Assembly (NCBI RefSeq): GCF_963921235.1 | Contig: NC_086097.1 | Location: forward strand, 185,010,001 to 185,074,000 | DNA length: 64,000 bases | Direction: 5' to 3' | Origin: Mobula hypostoma | Taxonomy: Eukaryota | Made by a program: the position numbers and the translations under genes | In this document: in pieces, positions 36,401 through 49,772 of the stretch | Numbering within the stretch: the stretch's first letter is position 1 | Layout: each line of letters opens with the position of its first letter | The notes under the pieces: generated by a model | The model's input: only the letters and a program-made list of their open reading frames with translations | Told to the model about the DNA's origin: nothing | Databases searched by the model: none

Positions 36401-39240
36401 TGATTTTCTTCTCTTCTTTAGTGTTCTCTTGCATTGCTTATACTCCACAAGTACCTTATTTGCTCTTTACTGTCTATACCTGCTATGCACCTCCTCCTTC
36501 TTCAGGCCATTTAATCCACTCCACCATTCCATCATGGCTGATTTATTATCCTTCTCAGTCATATTCTCTTGCCTTCTCACAGTAACCTTTGACACCCTGA
36601 CTAATCTAGAACCCATCAACCTCCGTTTTAAATATACTGAAAGACTAGGCCTCTTCAACCCTCCTGGCAATAAATTCCAGATTCACCACCCTCTGGCTAA
36701 AGAAATTCCTACCTACCACTATTCTAAAGGGACATCCTTCTATTCCGAAGCTGTACCATCTGGGCCAAGACTCTTGCACTAATGGAAATATCATTTCCAT
36801 TTCCTATCTAAGTCTTTCAACATTCGCCAGATTTCAATGAGATCATCCCTCATTCTTCTAAACTCCAGCAAATACAGGCCCAGAGCCATCAAGTACTCCT
36901 CATAAGTTACCTCTTTCATTTGCAGAATCCTTCATGTGAACATCCTCTGGACCTTCTCTAACTCCGACACATCTTTTCTTAGATAAGGGACCCAAAACTG
37001 CTCACAATACTCCAAGTGCAGTCTGGCCAATGTTTTATTAAGCCTCAGTGTTACATCCTTGTTTTTATATTCTAGTCCTCTTGATATGAATGCTAACGTT
37101 GTACTTGCCTTCCTTACTACTGACCCATCCTGCAAGGTAATCTTTTGGGAATCTTGCACAAGGACTCTCAAGTGACTTTGAACCTCTGATTTTTGAATTC
37201 TTTCCCTGTTTAAAAAAAAGGCTACACCTTTTTTCCTTCTACCAAAATGCATGACCAGATATTTTCCTACATTATATTCCAGCTGCCAATTCTTTTCCCA
37301 TTCGTCCGACCTGTCTAAGCCCTTCTGCAGACTTTCTGCTTCACCAATACTACCTGCTGCTCCACCCACCTTCATATCTTCTGCAAATTTGGCCACAAAG
37401 CTATCAATTCCATCATCCAAATATTTGCATGTAATGTGAAAAGAAGCTGGGCCAATACTGACCCCATGGAGCACCAGTAGTCACCAGCGGCCAAGCAGAA
37501 TAGGCTCTCTTTATTTCCACTCCTTGCCTCCTGCCAGTCAACCAATCTTCCATTCATTATAGTATCTTTCTGTTAGAGCGTGGGCACTTCTCTTGTTAAG
37601 CAGTCTCATATGTGGCAACCTGTCAAGGTCTTCTGAAAATCCAGGTAAACAACATCCAGTTACTCTCCTTTGCCTATCCTGCCTGTTATTTCCTCAGAGT
37701 TGCAAACAATTTGCCAGGCAAGGTTTTCCCTTCTTTATCATGTGCTAAGGGACTGGATATACAAGTATTAAGGCCTACTTTATCGTGTTCCTGGAAGAAT
37801 TGCAAAACCTCATCCTTAATAATAGACTCCAACATCTCCCAACCTCTAAAGTCAGGCTAACTGACCTACAAGTTCCTTTCTTCTACCTCCCTCCTTCTTT
37901 AAGAGCGGAGTGGCATTTGCCATTTTCCAGTTCTCTGGAACCATTCCAAAATCTCTTTCAGAACACTGGGGAGAAGTCCATCTGGTCTGGGTGACTCACC
38001 TACCTTTGGGACTTTCAGCTTCCCAAGCACCTTTTACTTAATGATAGCAACCATTCCCACTTCTGCCCCATGACACTCTTGAATTTCTGACATACTGCTG
38101 GTGTCATCAGCAAGAAGACTGACACAAGATACTTATGTTTGTCTGCCATTTCTTTGTCCCCCATTACTGCTTCTCCAGTGTTATTTTACAGTGGTCCAAT
38201 AGCCACTCTCATCTCTTTTGTACTCTTTATACATCTCTAGAAAATGTCTTTGGTATCCTCTTTTATATTATTTCATCTTTTCACTCCAGGCTTTTTATTT
38301 GCCTTCTGTTGTTTTTTTTAAAGTGTCCGAATCCTCAAACTCCCGATCAATTTTTGCTGCAGTCTACGTCTTCTCTTGCTTTTCTCTTGACAGCCACAGT
38401 TGCCTCTTTTTCCCTTTAGAAAATTTCTTCATATTTGGGTTGTATCTACCCTGTGCCTTCCAAATTGCCTCTAGAAACTCCATCACTAATGTCCTCATAT
38501 TATCCTTGAGTATCCCCTTGCAATCAACTTTGGCCAGCTCCTCTATCATGCCTCTGTAATTCCCTTTACTTCCCTGTAATACCAATATATCTGACTTTAT
38601 CTTCTCCCTCTTAAACAGCATTGTGAATTCCATCATATTATGATCACTGCTTCCTAAGGGCTCCTTTACCTTAAGCTTCTGAATCAATTCTAGCTCTTCA
38701 CATAACACTCAATGCAGAATTGGCTTTCCTTTACTGGGAACCACAAGTTCCTGTAAAGAGCCATCTCGCAGGCATTCTACAAATTCCCTCTCTTACCAAC
38801 CTGGTATTTTTTTTACCCCAGTCACAATACAGCCCTTTTTAACATGCCTTTTCTATCTCCCTTTCCAGTTTGTAACCATATCCTGGCCTGAAAATAACTA
38901 TCATTGGGGTTTTTTTTACCCTTGCAGTTCCTTAACTCTATCCACAAGAATTCTATATTTTCCAACCCTATGTCACCTCTTTGTATGGATTTGATTTCAT
39001 TTTTTTTTACCAACAAAGCCACCTCACCCCCTCTGGCTTACCTCCCTGTTCTTTCAATGACTGTGTATCCTTGGATGTTAAGCTCCCAACTATGATTTTC
39101 TTTCAGCCAGGACTCGGTGATGTCAACAGCGTTATACGTGCCAATCTCTACTGCACTACAAGATCATCTACCTTATTCCATATACTGCCTGCATTCAAGT
39201 ATAACACCTTCTGTCCTGTATTCATCACCCTTTTCAACTT
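33465..39240 (-). mobile_element. Two or more decayed CR1 LINEs (first one split by the L1 at 35132-36316)
   Basis: RPNVEYYVQFWS, ISKFVDDT, AKFAEDMK, PLGSSDHNMMEF remnants on the - strand. Confidence 0.8.
35132..36316 (-). mobile_element. L1 3' fragment inserted in a CR1
   Basis: ORF 35445-35957 gives the ORF2 C-terminus (HSLLQFKVVHR, HMFWT). 3' end CAATAAAAATATTGAAAAA. Candidate 8-bp TSD TTGTTCCT at 35124-35131 and 36317-36324. Confidence 0.85.
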
Positions 39241-42200
39241 TGCTGTGCATTTAATATTTCTATTATTTGAGCAATATTATAAATATATTGTTTGATTAAG
39301 CATTATTTATTGTTTAAATAATTCATTACAGGTTGTATGCAAAAATTCATGAATGCCGTGTGATATGTGCACACCTCACTTGAATTAAAAACGAAACTAA
39401 GACTCATTCTCTTGGGCTTCCATCTTTTTCTTGCAATTAGTTTAATGTTTTGGAGTTGAAAGAAACAATAACACTGGCGTAAATGAAATTTAAAACGAAG
39501 CCGAGAAGACTAACTGTCTATTGAAGTGCAGCAAGGCATTCAAGTTTAAAAAAAACTGCAACATGTTTTCTTCTTATTCAGAGAAAAAAAGGTAAGATAA
39601 TCAAGGAAAAAAAGATGGAAAATTGAAGAATTCATGAGTTTATAAACTGAGTACCAGGTGATGATAACCATAAAAAAGAGCAAAAATGGATGTCCACACT
39701 TGAAAGATTGATGTGCTTGTTTACACAATAGGTAAATGGCTTTGCTTAGGGAGCAAATTGAGCAGTGTTTTGAAGCAAATGAAATAGCCAATCAGAACAG
39801 AATGCCAATTTTGATGAGTGGATTGGATTTAAAGGCATACAACTTGTTTAGATATTTGACTGCTCCAACCAAACCAGCCAAAATGAGCTTTACTGATATT
39901 GTGAAAGCAATGCAGGAACATTTAGAACTGAACCACTGTTGATTAAGCAGAATCAAAAGGGAGTCCTTTTCAGTATACATGCCTGAATTAAAGAAGTTGT
40001 CTAGATAATATTATTTCAGTGATGGGCTAAATGATGCATTGAGAGGTCAGTTAGTTTGTGAAGTCTTACAGGAAAGCATACAAAAATTGCTCCTAATTGA
40101 AGCAGAGTTAGAGCAGTTGAAATAGCTGTATCAATGGAAACAGTAGACAGAGACACAATTTAATTGCAGTCAGGAAGGAAAGTGAGCATGAACAAAATTG
40201 CAATGTCTAAACAGAAACTGGCCTGGTCAAATTATGTTACTGTTGTGACAGGGGTTCACATGTGCCAAACCAATACAGGTTTAAAGGTGAAACTTGCAGA
40301 ACATGCAACAAAGTAGGACACATACGAAGAGCATGTCAGGCAGACAAAAAAAATGACTGCATAGGGAAGAAAAAAATATTTAAAAAGTCAAAATGCAATT
40401 TCAAAGAAAAACACTAATCTGCATGTTAGTGAAAAATCTAAAAACGATGAGAGTGGCACAAGACTGGGAAGCCTTGAGGTTTACAATGTGAAAACTAAGA
40501 ATAGGAAAGCAATATGGCTTACACTAGAAGTGAACAGAAAATTGATTAAAATAGAATTCGAATCTGGCTCAGCTGTTTGTCATTCCACAAAATGAGGTGA
40601 GCAGCATTTCAAAGATACTGAACTGAAGCCTGCAGATACCCAACTAAGAATTTGTACAGGAGAAGAATTAACTTCTGTGAGATTGACATTTGAAATATAA
40701 TGAAATTCAAACAACAAGACACATCGGGTTTGTATGTGGTAAAAACAAGGCGGGGGGGCAGTGTTATGGGGTGATGATCGGCTGAGACAACTACAATTTG
40801 ATCAGAGATTCTTCGACCAATTACATGCCACATCCACTGCAATAAAGCCAACTGAAACCAAATTAAAATTGGTATTGAATGATGCCACAGCAGTGTTAAA
40901 GGATGGCACTGGAAAACTCAAATATATCATAGACGAAATTGTGTTAAATGAAATTGCCACACCCAAGTTTTACGAAGCCTATCCGGTTCCTTATACCATC
41001 CATGATAAAGTAGCCTGTCAGCTTGATCGCATGGAGGCTAAAGTAATTCTTTCCAACGGTGAATAGAGCCCATGGACAATGCCATTTGTCTCAGAAGCCA
41101 AGAAGAATGAGTCTGTCAGTACCCTCTGCCCAGGATAGAGGACATCTTTGCAAACCTTTCTGGAGTAAAACACTTCAGCAATATGACTTAGCTGAGGCCA
41201 ACCTACAGACAGAGATGACAGGAGAGTTCAAATTGTTTCTCATTACAAACACTCACAAAGGGATTTATCGCTATGGACCGGGTGCTGCAAGGCTGCCCAG
41301 GCACTCAGAAATTGACTAGATAACATAAACTTTACAGGTAAGGATGACAAGGAACATCTCTGAAATCTCAAGACAGTGCAAAAAAGATTAGAAGATTATT
41401 GGCTCAGATTACGATGCAACAAGTGTGAATTCTTTCACACCATTGACACACAAGATTTACACAAGTGTGCTGAGAAAAGATAAAACAATGGTGCCCCAAG
41501 GCCAAAAGATGTGTCACAGTAGCAGTCCTCTTTAGGATTTCTCAATTACTAAAACAGATTCCTGCCAAACCTGGCGACTGTGTTCCACCCCTTAAACCCA
41601 TTATTGCGGATCGGGAAGAAATGGCAGGAGACAAAGCAGTGTGAGGTGGCTTTCAAGAAGGTAAAGAAAGTGGTGATGTTAAATAGTGTACTCACGCATT
41701 GTGATCGACATCGTCCTGTGAAGCTTGCCTGTGATGCCTCACCTTATGGTATGGGTGCAGTCATGTCACATGTTATGAGTGATGTAAAGGAATGCCCGAG
41801 GCATTTGAATCACATTCCCTTGCCACTACAGACAAAAATTACTGTCAAATTGACAGAGAGGCCTTGAGTCTAGTTTGGGGGGTAAAACATTTGAACTAAT
41901 ACTGGTATAGAAGAGAGTTTACCCTCATTACTGATCATTAACCTCGATTATTCATTTTCATCCCTCAGAAGGGTGTTCCACTAACAAAAACAGCACAAAT
42001 GTAGAAATGGGCTCTGTTTCTTAGTGGATATAACTACAAGATCAAACTCAAGAGGAAAACTGATCATGGAAATGCTAACAACAGGAATTCTGCAGATGCT
42101 GGAAATTCAAGCAACATACATCAAAGTTGCTGGTGAACGCAGCAGGCCAGGCAGCATCTCTAGGAAGAGGCACAGTCGACATTTCAGGCCGAGACCCTTA

Positions 42201-44012
42201 CGAAGGGTCTCGGCCTGAAACGTCGACTGTGCCTCTTCCTAGAGATGCTGCCTGGCCTGCTGCGTTCACCAGCAACTTTGATGTGTGTTTCATGGAAATG
42301 CTGATGGATTGTCCTTGGAAAAAGGAAATAACTGAAAAATTTACAATAGAGGACACTCCTCTTGATGTATTCTCCCTAACACAAATCAGAAGTCTCCCTA
42401 TTGTGGCAGACGTGATCCAAAGGGAACCCACAAAAGACGCTATACTATCTCAGGTCTACATGGCCACGCAAAATGGTTGGAATGTGCAGCAGAAGCTCCA
42501 GTATCCCCATTTTTAACAATGTTGGGCTTGCCCTTGTTGGAAGTTTCCTTCTGTGTGGCTTGAGAGATGTTGTTACCATCCAAGCTAAAGCATTGGAGGA
42601 GCTAAATGTCGGTCATCCAGGGGTGATCAAAATGAAAGCATTGTCTCAGAGCTTTGTTTGGTGGCCTGGGATAGATCAGCAGATTGAGCAGCTTGCCATG
42701 CATTGTTTGAGATGCCAACATGTCCAGAAGATAGAAAGATCAGTGCCTCTCCATCCCTAGGAATGGCCTGCATTGTCTTCGCAGGGGATTCATGTGGATT
42801 TTGTATTTCTTGATAGTAGTGGATGTAGCTACAAAGAGGCTAGTGTTCCCAAAAGCCTCCACTACAGCCTCACAGACTGTTGATGTGTTGAGAAGCCTCT
42901 TCTCAAGGACTGGTGTTCCAGAACACTTAGTTGGTGACAATGGACCACAGTTTGTTGCAGAACAATTTCAGTCATTCTTGAAAATGAATGGAATAAGATG
43001 TATTACATCTGTACCATATCACCCAGCTACAAATAGCTTGGTGAAAAGTTTTGTCCAGAGACTAAAGAATGCACTACAAACAATGTCAGCTGAACACACT
43101 ACACTCACACTGAATCAGAGCCTCACCGATATCTTCCTTGAAGATGGCAATGCAGCACTTTCTAAAACCAACAACACACCAGCTATGCCCTTTCTGGGTT
43201 GTCGCTTGCTTTAAGCTTATCTCTTCAAACCCAATCTCAGGAGGAGTATGCAGGATGAACAGCTGGGACAAATTGAGGGCTACTCAAACAAGGACGTCTG
43301 ATGTTTTACTCCTGGACAAGCAGTTCTGACAAGGAACTACAGAGGTGATCAAAAGTGGCTACTTGCCAAGATTAAGGGACAGAACCGGACCATTCTCCTA
43401 TACAGTGGAGATTGCATCTGATGTCATTGGAGACAACACATTGACCAGTAGAGGAGAGCAGAGTCAATTGTCAGACAAGAGAGGAGGCCAGAGCTGTCAA
43501 AACCACTTCCTACAGTTTGGAGTCAACTCCTATAACTACCACAGAGGAGGCCCTACAAGCTGAGACAGTATCACAGACACAAGTCTCATCTGCCAAGCAA
43601 AGTGATCCACCTCATTAGGAAAGGCATTATCCCACAAGAGTAAGAAAGTCTCCATAGTGATTAAATCTTAAGCCTGAATGGGACAATTTAAAATTTTCTA
43701 AGGAATAAATGTCTATATGGTAGTTGAATTATATAGTATGCTGTGTACGTAGCTGAAACACATTCTACATTGGTTTGGAGTTTATAATTCAGCAAGGAGT
43801 AGTGTTATGTATTTACTGTATCAGTAATATTGTAAATATATTGATTAAGCATTTTGTTTAAATAATTCATTACATGGATGGCATGCAATATCACACCACC
43901 ATGTCATATGTGTGTGTCTCGCTAATGTAAAAAATGAAACAAAGACACACATTCCTGGGTCCTTGTTTTTGCTTTCAAGTAGTTTTATATTTTGGCATTA
44001 CAAAACATAACA
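39241..44012 (+). mobile_element. Decayed Gypsy/Ty3 LTR retrotransposon (Mag/K02A2.6-like) with both LTRs
   Basis: LTRs about 39241-39473 and 43803-44012 (TG...AACA, shared ATATATTG..TGATTAAGCATT..GTTTAAATAATTCATTACA). PBS-like TGGCG at 39475 and a purine tract before 43803. Broken gag (EQCFEANEI, CRTCNKVGHIRRAC), RNase H (LACDASPYG) and integrase (GHPG, WWPGID, DNGPQF, PYHPATN) in Gypsy order. No TSD seen. Confidence 0.88.
42077..42289. mobile_element. Short Penelope-type fold-back element inserted in Gypsy pol
   Basis: 13-bp TSD TCATGGAAATGCT at 42064-42076 and 42290-42302. 87-nt arms at 42113-42199 and 42203-42289 with 2 mismatches and a 3-nt loop. Same family as 2528-2749. Confidence 0.88.
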
Positions 44013-47000
44013 TGTTCCTCCGTCCTTTCCTACTGAGCCTGTGAGCCAGTCACAGTTCGTCGGGCCTGGCTGCAGCTGCTGTGCCTCTTAGGTCATCCCC
44101 CAGCAGTATTCAAAGGTTCCTGAGGGAATGGCCACAGTGGAACCCTGCACTGACTGCTTGATCCCTTTAGTTCTTAAGATGCTCACCCACCTTCTATCTG
44201 CACTCTGGGTGTGACCACCTTAGTGAAAGTCTCATCTGTGTCATATTGAGCCTCCTGGATCAGCCAGAGTTCATCCAGCTTCTGCTCCAGTTCCTTGACC
44301 TCTTCAGTCAGGAGCTGCTGCAGTTGAATACACCTCCTGCAGATGCAGTTACCAGAAAAGCTATCAGGAATCGGCCAGATTTGATTGGAACAGAACACCG
44401 GCAGGGTTTTTGGCAGAGTAGCAATGGCTGGAATTTCTAACCACAGAAGTCAGGCTAACTGGCCAATAATTTCATTGCTTCTGCCTCCCTCTCTTCATAA
44501 AAGTGGCGTGACATTTGCAATTTTCCAGTCCTTAGGAACCATTCCAAAATCTAGTGATTCTTGAAAGATCATTACTAATGTCTCCACAATCTCTTCAGCC
44601 ACCTCCTTCAGAACCCTGGGGTGTAGTCCATCTGGTCTAGGTGACTTATCTACCTTTAGAATTTTCAGCTTCCTAAGTACCTTCTCCTTAGTAATAGCAA
44701 TCACAATTTCTTCTTCCCCCTGACACTCTCGCATTTTGCTAGTGTCCCCTATTACTCCCTTTCCAACATCATTTTCCAGCAGTCCGATATCCACTCTCAT
44801 CTCTCTTTTATTCTTTATATATCTGGGGAAAAAAACATTTTGCATCCTCTTTTATATTATTGGCTAGTTTACCTTCATGTTTAATTTTTTTTCTCTTTAT
44901 GGCTTTTAAATTACCTTCTGGTGGTTTTTAAAAACTTCCCAATCCTCTATCTTCCCTCTCCTTTTTCCTTTATTATTTGCCCTCTCTTTTGCTTTTATGC
45001 TGTTTTTGATTTCCTTTGTCAGCCATGATTGCCTCATCCACCCCCTAGAATACTTAATCTTTGGAATGTCTCTTTCCTGCGCCTTCCAGCTTTCCTCTAG
45101 AAATATCAGCCATTGCTGATCTGCAACCATCTCTGCTAATGTCTCCTTCCAATCAACTTTTGCCAGCCCCTCTCTCACACCTCTGTAATTCCCTTTAGTC
45201 AACTATAATACTCATATACCCAATTTTAACTTCTGTTTAACCAGTGGGGTGAATTCTGTTATATCATGAACACTGTCTCCTTGGGATTCCTTTGCCTTAA
45301 CCCCACTAATCAAATCTGTGTCATGCTCCAGAGGGCTCAACTACAAGCTGATCTAAAAAGCCACCTCATAGGCATTCTACAAATTCCCTCCCTTGGGATC
45401 CAGCATCAACCCAGTTTTCCCAATCCACAAACATATTGAAATTCCCAATAATTATCATAACATTGCCCATTTTACATGTCTTTTCTTTCCCCCGTGTGGT
45501 TTGTAGCCCATATCCCGGCTGTTGTTTGGAGACTTGTAAATATAAATCCAATCAAGTTCCTTTTACCCTTGCAGTTTCTTAACTCTACCCACAAGGACTC
45601 CACATCTTCAGATCTTATGTTACGTCTTTCTAAGGAATTGATTTCATTTTTTTACCAACAGAGCCAACCCACCCCCTCTCCCTGTCATTTCAATACAACG
45701 TGTATCCTTGGATGTTAAATGCCCGACTACATTCTTTCAGCAATGACTCATAAATGCCCACAGCGTCATCCCTGCCAATCTCTAACTGCACTACAAGATG
45801 ATTCCATATACTGCATGTGTTCAAATTTAACACCTTCAGTCCTGTATTCATCACCCTTTTTGTTTTTGACCTCCTATTATGATTTAACTCATTCTACAGA
45901 CTTTATTTTTGCCCCATCATCTGCTTGTCCTATCTCACAGTCTCACTACACACTGCATCTCGGTGTATACCAACTGACCCATCCTCAGCTCTATTTCTCC
46001 AGTTCCTTTCCCCTGCTAAATTAGTTTAAGCCCTTCCCAGAAGTTTCTAGTAAACGTGCCCACAAGGATGTTGGTCTTCCTCAGGTTCAGGTGTAATCTG
46101 TCCTTTTTGTACAGGTCATACCTTCCCAGGAGAGATCACAATGATCCAGAAGACTGAAGCCCTGCCTCTGCACCAGTTCTTCAGCGGCACATTCATCTGT
46201 CAATTGATCATGTTCTTATCCTCATTGGCACATGCCACAGGCAGCAATTCAGAGATCCAGCTTATCAACTTTCTGTCTAACCCCCTATATTCTCTCTTCA
46301 GGACCTTTTCCTATCTATGTCATTGGTATCAATATGTACCACGACCTCTGGCTGTTCACCCTCCCCTTTTAGAATGACATGGACCTGATCTGAGACATCC
46401 CTGACCCTGACACCTGGGAGGCAATGTACCATCTGGATCCACAAAATCTGCTTTCTGTTTCTCTCATAATGAAATTCCCTGTCACTATTGTACTCCTCTT
46501 CTCCCATCACCCCCCTCCTTCCGTTTTGAGGCACAGAGTCAAATGCAGTGCCAGAGACCCGGTCGCTGTGCCTTCCCCCGGTAGATCATACCACACCACC
46601 ACCACCCCCAACCATATCCATAGTATTATACTTATTATTGAGGAGAATGACTATAGGAGTACCCTGCTCTGACTGCTTCATCCCTTTCCCTTCCCTGACA
46701 GTCACCCAGGTACATGCATCCTAGATAGGTGCTACAGAGAACTCCTTCCTGTAGCACCTATCTATCAGCTCATCATTTTCTTGTATGAGCTGAAGGTCAT
46801 CCAGCTGCAGCTCCAGTTCTTCAACATGGTCTCTAAGAAGCTGCAGCTCAATGCAGTTTGTGCACATGTAGTCTTCAGGGGGACAACATGTCTCCCAGAG
46901 TTCCAACATCCCAAACTAAGAACATCCAACTACCCCCATTCTCAGCACACTAGCGATGCACTAACAGAAAGAATACTTCCTAAAAACTTAATTTGAACCT

Positions 47001-47100
47001 ATGCCTGTGGTTTCCCAAGCCAAAGCCTGACCATTCTAATACTGACCTGCTCATACAATGACCACTCTGCTTACTCTTCCCTTCTTTTTATCCCTCTGCT
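44013..47100 (-). mobile_element. Decayed CR1 LINE 5' halves including ORF1 (coiled-coil and SGNH esterase-like)
   Basis: KSPRPDGLHPRVLKEVAEEIV; VHCLPGVRVRDVS...PEVVVHIDTNDI; CTNCIELQLLRDHVEELELQLDDL. Confidence 0.8.
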
Positions 47101-49772
47101 GATTGCAGCCCACTGAAAAGACCCAAAAGCACCCAAGCTCTTTTTAAAACCCACGCTGTTTCACCAACGAATGACTGAACAGGCTCTTTGCAGCCTGCTG
47201 AAAAGGATTTTTGGAAATAACTTTGCTTTTAATGTTATGGAAAGAAATTATGCATTTGGCATATGGTGAGAGAAGCTAATCGAAACAGAATTAAGGAGAA
47301 AAGCAGTTTACAAAGATTATTAGGCATTATGCACTATGAACTGTCACAGGTTCCAGGTTTTCCAATGCATGATTTCATTAACTGCATGTCAGGAATTGCA
47401 TAGATTTTAGATCCACAGCCAGTTCCCCGGGGCAGAATCCTCTGCATGACATGGAAATGTTAGGATCTGCTAAAGCCCACAGGGTATAACTAAACTCACA
47501 GGTAGATATGGGATTTGCTGTTGGGATGTTTCATCCTTTAGCAAAACATGTCCATTGGACAACTGAACTGGGAAATGGTGTAGATTATTCAGCAGTGTTT
47601 GATTAGGGTCATGAGTTGTCCATCTGACCAAGGAAAAACAAACTTACACACAAGGAGGATAAATCATATAGTCTACTGTAATCTCATTTCATGACAATGT
47701 CAATTAGCTTCATTCAACCAAACAAAATGACACCAGAAAAACCTACTACCCAAAGCCAGATGCCTCAGAACTTGGATAGTACCTGGTGTGGCTTTCTCTA
47801 ATGATGAAATAGTTCTCACTTTTCATTGGTGATAATAGAATATGCAAGTATAAAGGTCTGGGATCTGAGTTATTTGGAAATGTTTGCAGTGAATTTGCAT
47901 CATTTTGTGCCTGAAATTGAATCCAGTAGACATGATTCCAAAGTGATTAATGTATGTCATTAATCTTATCTGGAATATTTGCCGAATTTTTAAATCCATC
48001 AACACATTGCCTATGTTGTGACCTAAAACAAAAACAATGCAATTTTCACATTATCTACAACTTACCTACAGCCTGGTATAAAAATAATATATTCAGGCAA
48101 TGCATTCAGCTTAATTTTGAATGTTTCATTGTTGGAGAAGGGCTGCTGTCAGAAGAAGTTTTATGCCAAAAATTCAAGACCTGTATTTGGCTGCCTTTCA
48201 GCCAGAAACACCATAGTGGTGAGTCAGTTTCTGACCTTGTGCTTTGCTGATGGCCTTGGCATGAAATTGGGAAGAGAGCACAAAGCTCATGAGCTAAGGA
48301 ACTGGATACACTTTGCATGTGGCCCCTGTACTTTACACCAGCTGTATAAACCTATGTATCATTAAGCAAAACATGCTCACAACCTGTAATGAAATCACAA
48401 GCATATCCACAACTTGGCCTATTCATTGATGATAGGAATGATTTTATTCTTTTAGATATTTTTAATTTATATCAATTAAGTGTGTTTTTTCAAATTTATT
48501 TTTAATGTTTAAATTAATTAATTCTACCTCATCTCAACCTATGTTAGATTTCTGAGGATCAGAGACATTTAAATACTTTGAAACAACAAGCTGCCAAATG
48601 GGTCATAAGGTCTGTTCATAGGTGTCGGCTTAGAATCCTTCCTTTTGTGGTCTTGTCATAGTACATGGGGTGGCTAATGCAGCCAGTCCTGCAATACAAT
48701 ATTCCTATGAGCTGCTGAAGGTTATGTGGCCCTGAGGGCAGATAGAAGACACAGGCTAGGTTGAGTGTGATTCAACACATTGATTATTTTTAAATGGGCC
48801 AAGCTGTTGGAAATGACCAACTACCTCTCTCACCCATCAATCAACATTTAAAATTGACCCCTTAGAATTGAAGCAAATGCATTAGATGGAAGTTTGTTGA
48901 AGGTCAAAAAAATAAGAAAGTGATTAATGGAAAGAAATTTAATGCAGAGAACAGCAAAGTTCTATATTTCAGTGGGAAGAAAATTGTAAACTGCACATAA
49001 ACTTTGACCCTGTCTGAAATAGAACAATGTAGAGTGTGGTGTTATAACAGTTGCCCAGTTTAATATACTGAAATATTTCATAACATGCTGACAGAGTGTT
49101 TGATACTTATATACTTGCCTTCTGTATGACTTGGTTTGGGCACGAGCTTATTTTGACAGCTGACTGTAATGTTAAAATGCTCTTAAATATTTGCAGCCCC
49201 AGGAAATGCTGAAATAATTCCTGGGCTCCATTCTTGGACAACCACCTCCAAGTTGCCACTTAATTTGGTTTTAAGTCTATTACCCCACCTATGCTTTTCC
49301 CTACAAAACTTGTTAAGGTTTTATGAGCAGGATCACTCGTAGCTATGTAGGATGATATCAGAGTTCTGTGAGGTTAATTCTGCAACACGTCGGTACAGAC
49401 ATGGCTCAGTTTGTTCTAGCAGCACTATTTGCTAAGGAATAGGATTTTTGAGTGTGGGCTGACATTCAGTATCTTATAAGATTAACCATTATTTCCGTGA
49501 ACTGCCTTGAAATTTGACCAGTGCAGAATCATAATCAAGTCGAATCCTCACCCTTAAACCACGCCCATACACATGTGAAATGAACCAGAATGGCTAGCGT
49601 GTGTGGTGGAAATGAGGAATTTAGAAATACAAGTGCACTGTTTGCTGTAAGTAGCTGCATAAGTAGAAAAGGTGGTGAAGAATGAACTTGAGTATACTGG
49701 GCTTCATCAGTCAGGGCGTTGTGTTTAGAAATACCATGTTATGTTGCAGTCGTGGGTGAGGCTGCACAGAGC

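Noticed and set aside
42113..42289. Long hairpins here and at 56173-56436 as pre-miRNA genes
   Set aside because: Explained by transposon structure (TSD or TIR ends, multi-copy family); no expression evidence.
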